A DNA stretch of 52,300 nt from a virus (taxonomy: Duplodnaviria; Caudoviricetes): positions 1 to 52,300 of the IMG/VR virus record IMGVR_UViG_3300047476_000672. One strand, written 5' to 3'. Positions 1-9,172 of this stretch are shown piece by piece. The position numbers and the translations under genes were made by a program. Each line of letters begins with the position of its first letter. Positions within the stretch are counted from its first letter, which is position 1. The notes under the pieces are model-generated. The model searched no databases. It saw only the letters and a program-made list of their open reading frames with translations, and was not told the DNA's origin.

Positions 1-1
1 A

Positions 2-442
2 GAATTATGTACATATCCTGATTGGCAGGATGATGTTCTTTATCAATCATATAGTAACACAATTGTAAACAGAAATGGTAAACTCTATAAGGTTATTGCT
101 ACTAATACCAATGCTGACCCTTCGGTTCCTTCTAATTCTATTTATTGGAGTGAGTATATTTGTGACGGGAACTGTGACCAAACTAGATACTGTACTAAGG
201 AAAGAGTTGTTGTTTTATGCATTTCGCTCCTTAAATGCTATAAGAGCTTGGTTAAATCGGCTCTCTGCGAGGTAGAGTCAGCTCCTTGTGCTAAGAATCT
301 GTGTGACAATAAAAAGTTCATGGATGCAATGAAGTTTAAGGTTACATTAGACTCTATTGAGTTTAGTGCTTGTGACGAGAAGTGGAACTTAGTTAAGGAC
401 CAAGTTGATTTATTAAAAAGTATTTGTTGCTGTGATTCCTAA
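2..442 (+). CDS. 5'-truncated Cys-rich hypothetical (probable virion) protein
   Basis: Frame is open from base 2 into the tracked 248..442 ORF (ELCTYPDWQDDVLYQSYSNTIVNRNGKLYKVIATNTNADPSVPSNSIYW...); the W..Y..V..NGKLYK..P..W segment resembles a small carbohydrate-binding module. Confidence 0.6.
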   Translation, partial: ELCTYPDWQDDVLYQSYSNTIVNRNGKLYKVIATNTNADPSVPSNSIYWSEYICDGNCDQTRYCTKERVVVLCISLLKCYKSLVKSALCEVESAPCAKNLCDNKKFMDAMKFKVTLDSIEFSACDEKWNLVKDQVDLLKSICCCDS

Positions 443-1025
443 TTGTTGTTTAGTCATATCGGTACTTTTTCAAGGTGAAACATATAACCTGAATATATAT
501 CCTTTATATGGAGATAGTGGAGAAGTTATTTCTTATTATTTCTCTACTCCTTATGAGGATTTATATGTAAGCATAACATATTCTGATGGAGTGTGGTATA
601 TGCAGGACGTTAATAATGAACTGGTTTACTTTTCTCTTGAATCTAATGAATGTCCTGTTGGGAATCAAGATGTATGGCAAGAAAACCCAATAGATAAGCC
701 TCCATTTGTTACATTTGAAATATTTAATACTGGATGTGGTGAATCAATTGAGGACCCTGTTGTTGAAATAGAAATAAACAATACTGTATATAATCCTTGT
801 AAATATAAGAATGCATTGATTAAAGGTAAAAGAGGTTTGTCAGAAGATGTTGCTAAATTAAAAGGAGCAGAAGTTTTTCAGCTAGATAGTTGTAAATCTG
901 ATTGGTCTGCTGCTATTGCTAAATATTTAGCTATAGATGCTTTAAAATGTCCTCCATACAATGTGTATACGGAGAGTGACGAAAGATGTTTAATTAGCCA
1001 ATTGGCTACTAATTATAAATGTTAA
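432..1025 (+). CDS. hypothetical Cys-rich protein, tail region
   Basis: 197 aa ORF, tightly packed with its neighbours. Confidence 0.7.
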   Translation: MIPNCCLVISVLFQGETYNLNIYPLYGDSGEVISYYFSTPYEDLYVSITYSDGVWYMQDVNNELVYFSLESNECPVGNQDVWQENPIDKPPFVTFEIFNTGCGESIEDPVVEIEINNTVYNPCKYKNALIKGKRGLSEDVAKLKGAEVFQLDSCKSDWSAAIAKYLAIDALKCPPYNVYTESDERCLISQLATNYKC

Positions 1026-1028
1026 GAT

Positions 1029-2435
1029 ATGAGCTGTACAACTTGCGGAAGTAATAGCATAACTAGCTGTAATTGTAATGATAATTGCCCAAATAAGACT
1101 TCGGATATCACATTATTTGATGGTAATTTATCATATATAGAGGTTCCTGAAGGTGCTAGTTTAAATGATGTTCTATCATTGATGGAGCAATACATTAATA
1201 ATTCGTTAGATGATTTGAATTTAACGTATGTTTTAGCTCCTGGCAACTGCTTGAGTCTTTCGCCTGGGACATATGGTTATTCTCAGATACTAACTGCTAT
1301 TATAGAAAAACTATGTGAGGTAGCTACTGAGGCTATTGCTAGTGTTGACACTAATGATGTTGACTTAGTTGATATTGTATATCCTGATTGTTTTAGTGCA
1401 TTTACTGGTCTTACATCTACTGATTTATTTAATGCAATTCTTGAATCTATTTGTGAGGAGCAAAATAAGTCTATACCTCAAGGTGAAGCTTATGATTCAG
1501 ACCAGTTAGGAAAACTAATTCCTTTATCTATACTTTCTGATGTAGTAAGTGGATTGGTTGACAACGATACATTTGTATATAACCATACGACTGTTGTAAC
1601 AAGTCCTACATTATTGAATATCACAGTTAACCCAATGAAGGCTGTGGTAAATACTATTCCTGTTTATCGTTCTGGTTCTGAGGTATTTTCTTTAGGTCCT
1701 AATAAGGATATTTACTTCTTGTTAGCTGACGATGGAGTCATTACTAAGATTGAACAGACTATTGGAAACCCGGCTCCTTCTACGACTGGCTATGCTTATT
1801 TGTATAAGATTGTAACTAATGGAAGTGGAGTTGTAAGTTATACGGAGCAATTTGTTGCTACTGCGTTTAATCCGCCTTCATTTACTATTGCCCCTAACTC
1901 TATTACTACAGCAATGATTGCGAATGACCAAGTTACTTCTGCTAAATTAGCTGATGTAGTTGTTGGAACATCTGTTGGTAATCCTTCTATTATACGAATT
2001 GTATTTAACAATAAAGGGCAGATTATTTCTGCTTCATCAAATCTTGATTTATCAAGTGTAGCTGATGGAGACATTATTAAGTATGATGCTGGAACAAATG
2101 CTTTTATTGGTGGTCCGAACTTAAATACTGGTACTGCTGGATTTATTCCTATTTCTGTTGGTGGAGATTTTAGTTCTTCAGCTATTGAAGAGAATGCTTC
2201 ATATATTAATGCATATAAAAGTATTGAGATAAATACAACAGGTACTCCAGAGGCTAATGCTGATGCTGGATTAAACGTTGTAAGCGGAACATTTGTTGTG
2301 CCAAGGTATACGGCTGCTAATGCTTCATTGTTAACTGCTACTAATGGAACAATAATATATTTAACAAGTACTAACGTTACTTTTACTCAGAAAGGATTCT
2401 GGGGAGTAGAAGAAGGTGTTTGGGTTAAACTTTAA
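1029..2435 (+). CDS. putative tail fibre/structural protein with Cys-rich N-terminus
   Basis: 468 aa; N-terminal MSCTTCGSNSITSCNCNDNCP; fibre-type repeat NSITTAMIANDQVTSAKLAD; beta-rich C-terminus. Confidence 0.6.
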   Translation: MSCTTCGSNSITSCNCNDNCPNKTSDITLFDGNLSYIEVPEGASLNDVLSLMEQYINNSLDDLNLTYVLAPGNCLSLSPGTYGYSQILTAIIEKLCEVATEAIASVDTNDVDLVDIVYPDCFSAFTGLTSTDLFNAILESICEEQNKSIPQGEAYDSDQLGKLIPLSILSDVVSGLVDNDTFVYNHTTVVTSPTLLNITVNPMKAVVNTIPVYRSGSEVFSLGPNKDIYFLLADDGVITKIEQTIGNPAPSTTGYAYLYKIVTNGSGVVSYTEQFVATAFNPPSFTIAPNSITTAMIANDQVTSAKLADVVVGTSVGNPSIIRIVFNNKGQIISASSNLDLSSVADGDIIKYDAGTNAFIGGPNLNTGTAGFIPISVGGDFSSSAIEENASYINAYKSIEINTTGTPEANADAGLNVVSGTFVVPRYTAANASLLTATNGTIIYLTSTNVTFTQKGFWGVEEGVWVKL

Positions 2436-2446
2436 AAAAAAATAAA

Positions 2447-3136
2447 ATGGAATTACAATCTATTAATTTTCCTACTCGTTCAAGAAAAGAGCAATTAATT
2501 GACAATGATTTATACGCTTTGAATGAGTATAATAAATCTAATGAGCCTTATATTCACCCTTATAAAGTTTATACAGCATTATTAAGTCAAAGTGGTGGTG
2601 AAGAAATGTCTAATTTTTCATGGGCATATGGAGGACCAGAACCAGAATTGCCAAATCTTGAAGAAGGTAAGGTTTATGTAATATCAGAAAACAATTCTGC
2701 TACTGATTTTACAATATGCGGAGCATCTAGTAGTGAAGCAGATACTTATTTTATAGCTAATGGTATTCAGCCAGAATGGAGTAAGCCAGATATTGATGGT
2801 ATTATTTCAATTTCTTGGAATGAAATAGGTAATCCAGAGGCAACAGTATTAGAGAATACAGTAGGAGATATTAAGTTTATACGTGGTTCTTCAGGATTAT
2901 ATGCAGCTGTCACATCTAGTTATTTTGGTCCGAATTCATATATTTCAATACAGAATACTCAAGTAGAAAAAGCAGACGAATTTTCTTTAATTGCTTCAGA
3001 ATTATATAATAATAATACTATTTTAATTTCAACTAAACTATTTTCATTATTACCAGAGATAAGTTTAGAAAATGTAGATGATAAATTATATAATACACCT
3101 ATAGAAATTAGAGTATATCCAACTATTGAGTCATAA
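2447..3136 (+). CDS. hypothetical tail-associated protein
   Basis: 229 aa; YKVYTALLSQSG...VLENTVG...LYNTPIEIRVY motifs I recognise from Bacteroidota phage tail proteins. Confidence 0.6.
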   Translation: MELQSINFPTRSRKEQLIDNDLYALNEYNKSNEPYIHPYKVYTALLSQSGGEEMSNFSWAYGGPEPELPNLEEGKVYVISENNSATDFTICGASSSEADTYFIANGIQPEWSKPDIDGIISISWNEIGNPEATVLENTVGDIKFIRGSSGLYAAVTSSYFGPNSYISIQNTQVEKADEFSLIASELYNNNTILISTKLFSLLPEISLENVDDKLYNTPIEIRVYPTIES

Positions 3137-3158
3137 TAATACAATAAAGAAATAAATC

Positions 3159-3731
3159 ATGATACAAGTAAGCAATTCAAATAATCAGTTAGTAGTAACT
3201 TGGGCTACCAACCTTACCGACTACTATGCTTTTGAAGATATTAAATCAGTAACTCCTTATACCGGTGGCTCTACTGATTATGTTATAATTAACTTTATTA
3301 ATGAAAATAGAAATTCATCATTAAGAATTCCTTTTACTGAGATAAGCAATCAACCAGGGTGGACTGATGTTTCTGTTGCTTGTGCTGATATTTCTACTTG
3401 GATGGATACTTCTATCGGTGGAGGTTTGGCTACTGAAGCTACTCTACAGAATGTAGAAACAAATACAGCTGATATAGTCTCTAATACCACAGGTGCATTA
3501 AGAGTGCCTAGAATGCAGAGGGTTACTAGCTCTGGAAACTTATCTTCCCTTGGAATTCCTATATATTCTGTGTCTGTAGCCAATGTTGGTGCTGCCAATG
3601 GAACAATATTAGGAGAAATAATAAAGCCAGGAGAAATTATTAATTTTGATGCTAGTAGTATTAGTCATTATTTTAATGATTTTGCATATAACGCAACAGG
3701 AACTGAGTTTATTATTATATATGTTATATAA
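3159..3731 (+). CDS. hypothetical tail-associated protein
   Basis: 190 aa ORF in the tail gene run. Confidence 0.65.
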   Translation: MIQVSNSNNQLVVTWATNLTDYYAFEDIKSVTPYTGGSTDYVIINFINENRNSSLRIPFTEISNQPGWTDVSVACADISTWMDTSIGGGLATEATLQNVETNTADIVSNTTGALRVPRMQRVTSSGNLSSLGIPIYSVSVANVGAANGTILGEIIKPGEIINFDASSISHYFNDFAYNATGTEFIIIYVI

Positions 3732-3736
3732 TACGT

Positions 3737-4555
3737 ATGCAGTACTTTAATCTCGGTGGAGGAAATAGTATTAGAATAGCTTCTGGAACGGCTGCTCCTA
3801 CAGTCGACCCAGACGCACAAGCATTCATCACAGCAGCAGCTATAACAGACCCTACACAACAAAGTGCGGTTAATCAGTTGGTTGTTGACTTGAAAACTTA
3901 CGGTATTTGGACTAAGATGAAGGCAGTTTATCCGTTTGTAGGCGGTACTGCTAGTCAACATAAGTTCAATCTTAAAGACCCTAGAGATTTAGATGCTGCG
4001 TTTAGGTTAGTATTTAATGGTGGATGGACGCATTCAGCAAATGGAGCGCAGCCAAATGGCGTTAATGGATATGCTGATAGTAAATTCATTCCTTCAGTAA
4101 ATCAAAGTTTAAATAGTAATGGATTAGGAGTTTATATTACTCAAAATAGTTCAGCAACATCAGACCCTGTGACAATTGGTGTTTTTCAAAGTATTAGTCA
4201 AGCAAGTACACTTGTAGTAAATCCAACAACTGTAATTTCAAGATTAAATGGAGAGCCATTTATTTCTGGAACAATAAGTGGAGGTTTAGGTTCATTTGAT
4301 GCTCAAAGAACAAGTTCAACATTAACAAAAATATATAAAAATTCAACCGTAATAAATAGTGGAACATCAAGTGGTTCTCTTTCTGTATTTCCTATTTATT
4401 TAGGAAATATGAATTTTAATATGACAACCTATGGATTTGTAAACTCTCAATTTAGGTTTGCATATTTTTCAGACGGATTAAATGATACAGAAATAGCTAA
4501 TTTAAGGATTTCCGTACAAACATTCAATACTACGTTAAATCGCCAAATACCTTAA
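3737..4555 (+). CDS. putative lectin-like (ConA/LamG-type) receptor-binding or decoration protein
   Basis: 272 aa; DPDAQAFITAAAITD...GIWTKMKAVYPFVGG...FNLKDP N-terminus typical of aquatic phage proteins; beta-rich C-terminal half. Confidence 0.5.
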   Translation: MQYFNLGGGNSIRIASGTAAPTVDPDAQAFITAAAITDPTQQSAVNQLVVDLKTYGIWTKMKAVYPFVGGTASQHKFNLKDPRDLDAAFRLVFNGGWTHSANGAQPNGVNGYADSKFIPSVNQSLNSNGLGVYITQNSSATSDPVTIGVFQSISQASTLVVNPTTVISRLNGEPFISGTISGGLGSFDAQRTSSTLTKIYKNSTVINSGTSSGSLSVFPIYLGNMNFNMTTYGFVNSQFRFAYFSDGLNDTEIANLRISVQTFNTTLNRQIP

Positions 4556-4559
4556 TAAA

Positions 4560-4775
4560 ATGATACAAGTAGGACTTTTAACAGATGTACAGAAAGACGA
4601 ATTAGTCGGACAAATGTACGATGAGGATTCATATTACAACCCTATTCAAGACTTAAACGACAATTGGATAATCTCAGTTGAAGAAATAGACCAAACAGTA
4701 AATCCTAACTTTTCATGGGTTAAAGAACTTCCTTTGATTCCATACGAACCGAAACCAACACCACCAATTGAATAG
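4560..4775 (+). CDS. small acidic hypothetical protein (possible fibre chaperone)
   Basis: 71 aa ORF directly after the lectin-like gene. Confidence 0.6.
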   Translation: MIQVGLLTDVQKDELVGQMYDEDSYYNPIQDLNDNWIISVEEIDQTVNPNFSWVKELPLIPYEPKPTPPIE

Positions 4776-4777
4776 AT

Positions 4778-5332
4778 ATGTCAACATCAATAACTATAAC
4801 AGAACTTACTCCTGCTACTAATGTAGGTGGATTATATGCTCAGACAGCCAATAGCACTCCTATTACTGCTACAGTAGTAGAGACAACTCTTATTGACGGA
4901 GGCGTAGGTACTTTATCTGTACCAGCAAATGGCTTTCAAGTAGGAGATAGTTTCTCTGTTAGTATGGGTGGAATGATTTCTTCTGCTAACAACGAAGGAT
5001 TACAGATAAAAGTAAAATCTGGAAGTGTTATACTTGGTACAACAGGAGTAATTTCATTACCACAATGTACTAATCAAGTATGGGATTTAGAGGTTATATT
5101 TACGATTAGAGCAATAGGTGCAGCAGGTGTAGCCTCTATAGCTGTTAAAGGACAATTTACTTATTCTAAGGATGCTAGTAATGCATATGAAGGTGCAGAC
5201 TTCAGCACAATAAATAACACTACCTTTAATACTACAATAGGAAATACACTTGCTATAACAGCACAATGGGGAAGCAATAATGCTGCTAACTCTATATACT
5301 CACAAATATTTGTTTTAAGTAAAATATATTAA
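4778..5332 (+). CDS. hypothetical beta-rich virion protein
   Basis: 184 aa, Thr/Ser/Gly-rich. Confidence 0.6.
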   Translation: MSTSITITELTPATNVGGLYAQTANSTPITATVVETTLIDGGVGTLSVPANGFQVGDSFSVSMGGMISSANNEGLQIKVKSGSVILGTTGVISLPQCTNQVWDLEVIFTIRAIGAAGVASIAVKGQFTYSKDASNAYEGADFSTINNTTFNTTIGNTLAITAQWGSNNAANSIYSQIFVLSKIY

Positions 5333-5334
5333 TA

Positions 5335-5946
5335 ATGGGTACTAGAATAGAAATAATACCACAATCTACACCAACCGCTGCACCAGTAGGAGCAACCTTG
5401 ATGAAGACAGGTCAGACCACTTCATACCGTACAGGTGATGACGGTGATTTTGAAGCTGGTAGGGCAACTTCATTTACTGTACTTGCTAGTAATAATCCAT
5501 TTGGAAACACAAACAGATTTACAGATGAGTTAGGCGGACAGACATATACAAATAACATTGTTATTGATTGGTCTACATATAATGGGAGTACAGTGTTGGG
5601 GTATAGAAGGACATTGAATGGCGCTTTATCAACTTGGAACAGTGCAATTGATGGGGCTTTATCTGTTAGTATAGGTTCATTTACAAGCGGTTGGAGATTG
5701 CCTAATATTAGAGAGCTTCATAATCTACAAAATTGGCAATTATCTCAAACGTATAATTATAATCCTTTTAATTTAGTTTTAACGGATGCTTTATGGAGTT
5801 CAACAACTCCAAATATAGGTGGAGGTGCATTTGCTATTTGTATAACGTCAAATTATACAAGTACAATAATTCAAAAAGTTAATTCTAATAATTATCAATG
5901 GTTACCAGTCCGCACCTTCACAGTAATAGGAACAACTTTAACATAA
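5335..5946 (+). CDS. DUF1566 (Lcl C-terminal, C-type lectin-like) domain protein
   Basis: KTGQTTSY..GDDG, GWRLPNIREL, WSSTT and C-terminal LPVR motifs. Confidence 0.75.
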   Translation: MGTRIEIIPQSTPTAAPVGATLMKTGQTTSYRTGDDGDFEAGRATSFTVLASNNPFGNTNRFTDELGGQTYTNNIVIDWSTYNGSTVLGYRRTLNGALSTWNSAIDGALSVSIGSFTSGWRLPNIRELHNLQNWQLSQTYNYNPFNLVLTDALWSSTTPNIGGGAFAICITSNYTSTIIQKVNSNNYQWLPVRTFTVIGTTLT

Positions 5947-5952
5947 AAAAAT

Positions 5953-6189
5953 ATGGCAACTTATAAATTTGAACAGTTTAACGTAGAGATAGTCAACCCA
6001 ACAGTTGAGGTTGTAAACGTAGCAGATGCAATTAATGAAAAAACGTGTAGTGTTGATGTAGTATTGACTACTGACACAGCGACATTCGGAGTAAATTTGC
6101 AAGGCTTCACGTATGTAGAAGCATGGACAGATGAGGAAATTATCCTTTGGGTTAATGACGTAGAGCTTCCAAAGTACGAGATAAGCTAG
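5953..6189 (+). CDS. small acidic hypothetical protein
   Basis: 78 aa ORF. Confidence 0.65.
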   Translation: MATYKFEQFNVEIVNPTVEVVNVADAINEKTCSVDVVLTTDTATFGVNLQGFTYVEAWTDEEIILWVNDVELPKYEIS

Positions 6190-6223
6190 CTGTCATTAAA
6201 ATAACAGCATATAATATATTAAG

Positions 6224-6231
6224 TATATTTG
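6224..6231 (+). promoter_or_regulatory. Bacteroidota-type -7 promoter box upstream of the lysis cassette
   Basis: TATATTTG (TAnnTTTG consensus) about 30 nt before the ATG at 6260. Confidence 0.55.
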
Positions 6232-6259
6232 CGTATACATATAGAATATGATTTGAGAG

Positions 6260-6514
6260 ATGATAACACCTGATAATATTTTGAGACTAGCTAAAAAACA
6301 TGGGGCCTTAGGAGTTATGGCCCTATGGCTTTCTTACACAACGTATAGGCTAGATGTAGTAGAGAATAAACTGTATGGATGCTTTGACGAATTAAAACAG
6401 CGTCCTATAGCTGAAAGAACGACAGATAGATTCATTGAACAGACAAAGTTGTATGCTGTTCTACCATCAGAGTCAAAAGTTAGAGTAAATAAAAAGACAA
6501 TACTTATTTCATGA
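6260..6514 (+). CDS. single-TM membrane protein, possible holin/antiholin
   Basis: HGALGVMALWLSY hydrophobic segment; first gene of the lysis cassette. Confidence 0.45.
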   Translation: MITPDNILRLAKKHGALGVMALWLSYTTYRLDVVENKLYGCFDELKQRPIAERTTDRFIEQTKLYAVLPSESKVRVNKKTILIS

Positions 6515-6990
6515 GATTCTATTTAGCCATAGTATTGTTATTGTTAGGTTCATGTTCTGCTGAAAAGCACTTGGCTAAAGCTAAAAAACACATAGAAATC
6601 GCTAAGAAAAAAGGAGCTGTAGTAGTTCCGGATACTATTTGGCACTATGTTTACGATACCGACACGGTATTTAACTACACAAATAATACATTTGAAACAA
6701 AGCAGGTGATTAAGGATAGCTTTCCTTATACTGTAACCAATACAATTAGAGTCGGAATGACTCGTGAGGAGCGTAAGCATTTTGAGGATATGTTTAAGCA
6801 TATGGAACGAATGATGCGACTTCAGAATGATAGTCTTAAATTGGCATTAAAATATCAGACCAAGAAACATAAGCAGGATAAAAAGACTGATAGAGTAGTT
6901 ACTAGAAAAGAGAATAAGACTAATCCGTGGATATGGGTTATAATGGCTGCTCTATTGGTTGTTGCTATTTACCTTATCAAGTTAAAGTAA
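6511..6990 (+). CDS. lipoprotein with C-terminal TM, candidate unimolecular spanin
   Basis: Signal peptide with lipobox LLGSC; helical middle; C-terminal TM WIWVIMAALLVVAIYLI. Confidence 0.6.
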   Translation: MRFYLAIVLLLLGSCSAEKHLAKAKKHIEIAKKKGAVVVPDTIWHYVYDTDTVFNYTNNTFETKQVIKDSFPYTVTNTIRVGMTREERKHFEDMFKHMERMMRLQNDSLKLALKYQTKKHKQDKKTDRVVTRKENKTNPWIWVIMAALLVVAIYLIKLK

Positions 6991-7223
6991 TGGGAAAAAT
7001 TTTACGTGAGATATTTAGTGATGAGTCAGGATTGATTTCATCAAAGAGGATAGCTGGAATGTTATGTGTTCTAGCGTTAATTATTGCGTTAGTAGGTAAT
7101 ACTTTTTACCCTAAGGACATTACTCCATCTTCAAGGCTTATAGATGCTGTTGCGCTATTTGCTTTTGGAGCATTGGGTCTTACTTCTATTGACAAGTTTA
7201 CTAAAATTAAAAACAGGAAATAA
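6990..7223 (+). CDS. putative holin (2 TM)
   Basis: Start reassigned to the ATG at 6990 (TAATG overlap); SSKR motif, two TM segments, basic tail; overlaps the endolysin start. Confidence 0.65.
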   Translation: MGKILREIFSDESGLISSKRIAGMLCVLALIIALVGNTFYPKDITPSSRLIDAVALFAFGALGLTSIDKFTKIKNRK

Positions 7224-7828
7224 TGTACACTAGAGAGCAGATTGAGCGTTCAGTTAAGGCAAAGGGTTATAAATGGTTTGAAGGTGCGCCAAACAAGCCG
7301 TATGACGTAAATATAGTAGGTGTACGTAATAATGCACCATCTGTAGCCGATAAGGTAACAAATGTATTTGATGACCATATTACTATTTCATTTAAAGATG
7401 AGAATGGTGTAAAACAATTTTACTGTTGGAAAGCGACTGTTGACCCTGGAAAGAAGGGTGTTCAACAATTTGGCAATAAGAAAGGTGTTGCAAGACTTGT
7501 TCCTAATCAATATCGTTCTGTATGGATGATTGATAAGCATGGTGGTAAATATACTGCGTTATGCCAGAGAAAAGGTGATGTAACTGTTTATCGTGATGCT
7601 GACAAAAATTTAGAGTTTGATGAGTCTAAGTTAGATACTGGAATGTTTGGTATTAACATTCATAAAGCAGGACAAGATTCTACATGGGTAGAGAATTGGA
7701 GCGAAGGATGCCAGGTATTCAAAAGAGTCAAGGATTTTGATGAGTTCATGAAGATTTGTCAAAAGGCTAGAAAGATTTGGGGGAATGGATTCTCATATAC
7801 ATTATTAGAGTCTACAGATATTATATAG
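7223..7828 (+). CDS. putative endolysin, YkuD/L,D-transpeptidase-like Cys-His peptidase
   Basis: GINIHKAG...NWSEGCQV (H-x-SxGC catalytic motif); translationally coupled to the holin. Confidence 0.6.
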   Translation: MYTREQIERSVKAKGYKWFEGAPNKPYDVNIVGVRNNAPSVADKVTNVFDDHITISFKDENGVKQFYCWKATVDPGKKGVQQFGNKKGVARLVPNQYRSVWMIDKHGGKYTALCQRKGDVTVYRDADKNLEFDESKLDTGMFGINIHKAGQDSTWVENWSEGCQVFKRVKDFDEFMKICQKARKIWGNGFSYTLLESTDII

Positions 7829-7844
7829 TTGATAGTGAATACTT

Positions 7845-7985
7845 ATGGCAAAGATTAAAGAGACATCATTAAAGACGTTAGAGAAGAAGAAAATTGCAAG
7901 ACCTGGCGTACACGCTAAGACTAAGACTTCTCAATTGAAGAGCTCTAAGAACTATAAGAAACTATATAAAGGACAAGGGAAATGA
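7845..7985 (+). CDS. 46 aa highly basic peptide (not in ORF track)
   Basis: MAKIKETSLKTLEKKKIARPGVHAKTKTSQLKSSKNYKKLYKGQGK; ATGA overlap with the next gene. Confidence 0.6.
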   Translation: MAKIKETSLKTLEKKKIARPGVHAKTKTSQLKSSKNYKKLYKGQGK

Positions 7986-8263
7986 GAAATTCATTAGCAG
8001 GAACCAAGAAAGGCAAGAGTAAATCTGCTAAGTATTATCAGGAGAACCCTGAAGCTAAGAAGAAGAAAGATTCCTATAACAAGGAATATCATTCTACGGA
8101 GAAACGTAAGAAGTATAGAACTATTTTACAAGCTATTAATAGAGAGAAGGGAACTCATGGTAATGGTGATGGTATGGATGAGGCTCACGTTTCTAAAAAT
8201 AAAACTGTAAAGCAATCACAATCTAAAAACAGAGCAGATAAGAAGAGAAAATTCTTTCGTTAA
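7982..8263 (+). CDS. small basic protein, possibly a degenerate HNH-like fold
   Basis: 93 aa, Lys-rich; GNGDGMDEAH...NR motif. Confidence 0.6.
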   Translation: MRNSLAGTKKGKSKSAKYYQENPEAKKKKDSYNKEYHSTEKRKKYRTILQAINREKGTHGNGDGMDEAHVSKNKTVKQSQSKNRADKKRKFFR

Positions 8264-8412
8264 TCACCTTCTTCATTGTTTGTTCTTTTTTGTTCATTGA
8301 ACATTCTATTAACTATTTTTAGAACAATATTTCTATTTCTGTTTTCTACAGATAACCGTATTCCGGTTTGTTCCATTTTTTCTTTTCTAACTTTATATAG
8401 GTGCTTTCTCAT
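8260..8412 (-). CDS. 50 aa hypothetical protein (not in ORF track)
   Basis: MRKHLYKVRKEKMEQTGIRL...; ATGA overlap with the upstream gene. Confidence 0.45.
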   Translation of the reverse strand: MRKHLYKVRKEKMEQTGIRLSVENRNRNIVLKIVNRMFNEQKRTNNEEGD

Positions 8413-8642
8413 TGTAGTTCTACGTTTATTCTTATGTTGATGTTCCTAAATGCTTTGTTAATTTTCTTTAACGTAAGCAACCCATGAACGCTTTTACCAT
8501 CTTCGACTAGCAGAAGTGTCTTTTCTGACATACCAATACGTTTAGCGAATGGCTCTGCGTGCATTTTAACATACTGTATACGTATCATCTCAACCATTTC
8601 GCCAATATCTTTGGCCGTCATATCTACTAAATACTCATCCAT
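8409..8642 (-). CDS. XRE/Cro-like helix-turn-helix protein
   Basis: IGEMVEMIR...FAKRIGMSEKTLLLVEDGK pattern. Confidence 0.6.
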   Translation of the reverse strand: MDEYLVDMTAKDIGEMVEMIRIQYVKMHAEPFAKRIGMSEKTLLLVEDGKSVHGLLTLKKINKAFRNINIRINVELQ

Positions 8643-8931
8643 TTTGTCTGTTCTTTAATTCATTATCAAATAGTTGCTTTCTCATTCGTATATTTTCCTG
8701 AACCACTTTGTTACATTCTTTTCTACTTTTTTCAAGTTCTTTTTCAAGGTTTTTTACTCTACCTTCAAGATTAATTAATGTTTGTACCTTGACTTCTTTT
8801 GTATTAATTAATTTCATTCTTTCTTTAAGCTCTTGAATATAAGCATTTGCTTTGCCTAATTCTACACGTAATTCTTTAATAACAGCTTCACTTGGTATTT
8901 TTAATAACCCATAGTTTTCTTTATCTTTCAT
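8635..8931 (-). CDS. coiled-coil hypothetical protein
   Basis: 98 aa, heptad-like composition. Confidence 0.65.
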   Translation of the reverse strand: MKDKENYGLLKIPSEAVIKELRVELGKANAYIQELKERMKLINTKEVKVQTLINLEGRVKNLEKELEKSRKECNKVVQENIRMRKQLFDNELKNRQNG

Positions 8932-8945
8932 GTCTTACGTTTTTG

Positions 8946-9019
8946 TAGTCAGGGCCGACTCGAACGGTAAAGCAACCTTTAAAGGACTCGGCAACCACGC
9001 CTCATTACGCCACCTGACT
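8946..9019 (-). ncRNA. tRNA-like element (degenerate; possible TTA anticodon)
   Basis: Acceptor stem AGTCAGG/CCTGACT, TGGCG start, TTCGAGT T-loop; short T stem and oversized D loop. Confidence 0.5.
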
Positions 9020-9084
9020 AAATATTTGACTCAATTGTTTATCCTTATGTTGGGTTTCCGTTGAGTCATTACCTCCCAAATTTG

Positions 9085-9172
9085 TGGAGCAGACAGGATT
9101 CGAACCTGTAACAGGGACTTAAAGGAATTCTACACTCTAAGTTTGTTTGGCGACCAATTCCGCCACTGCTCC
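9085..9172 (-). ncRNA. tRNA-like element with extended non-canonical anticodon arm
   Basis: Acceptor GGAGCAG/CTGCTCC, D arm GGCG-GAATTGGT-CGCC, perfect T arm ACAGG-TTCGAAT-CCTGT. Confidence 0.65.

Noticed and set aside
5335-5946. DUF1566 protein as target of a diversity-generating retroelement
   Set aside because: No reverse transcriptase and no adenine-variant template repeat of its 3' end visible in the window
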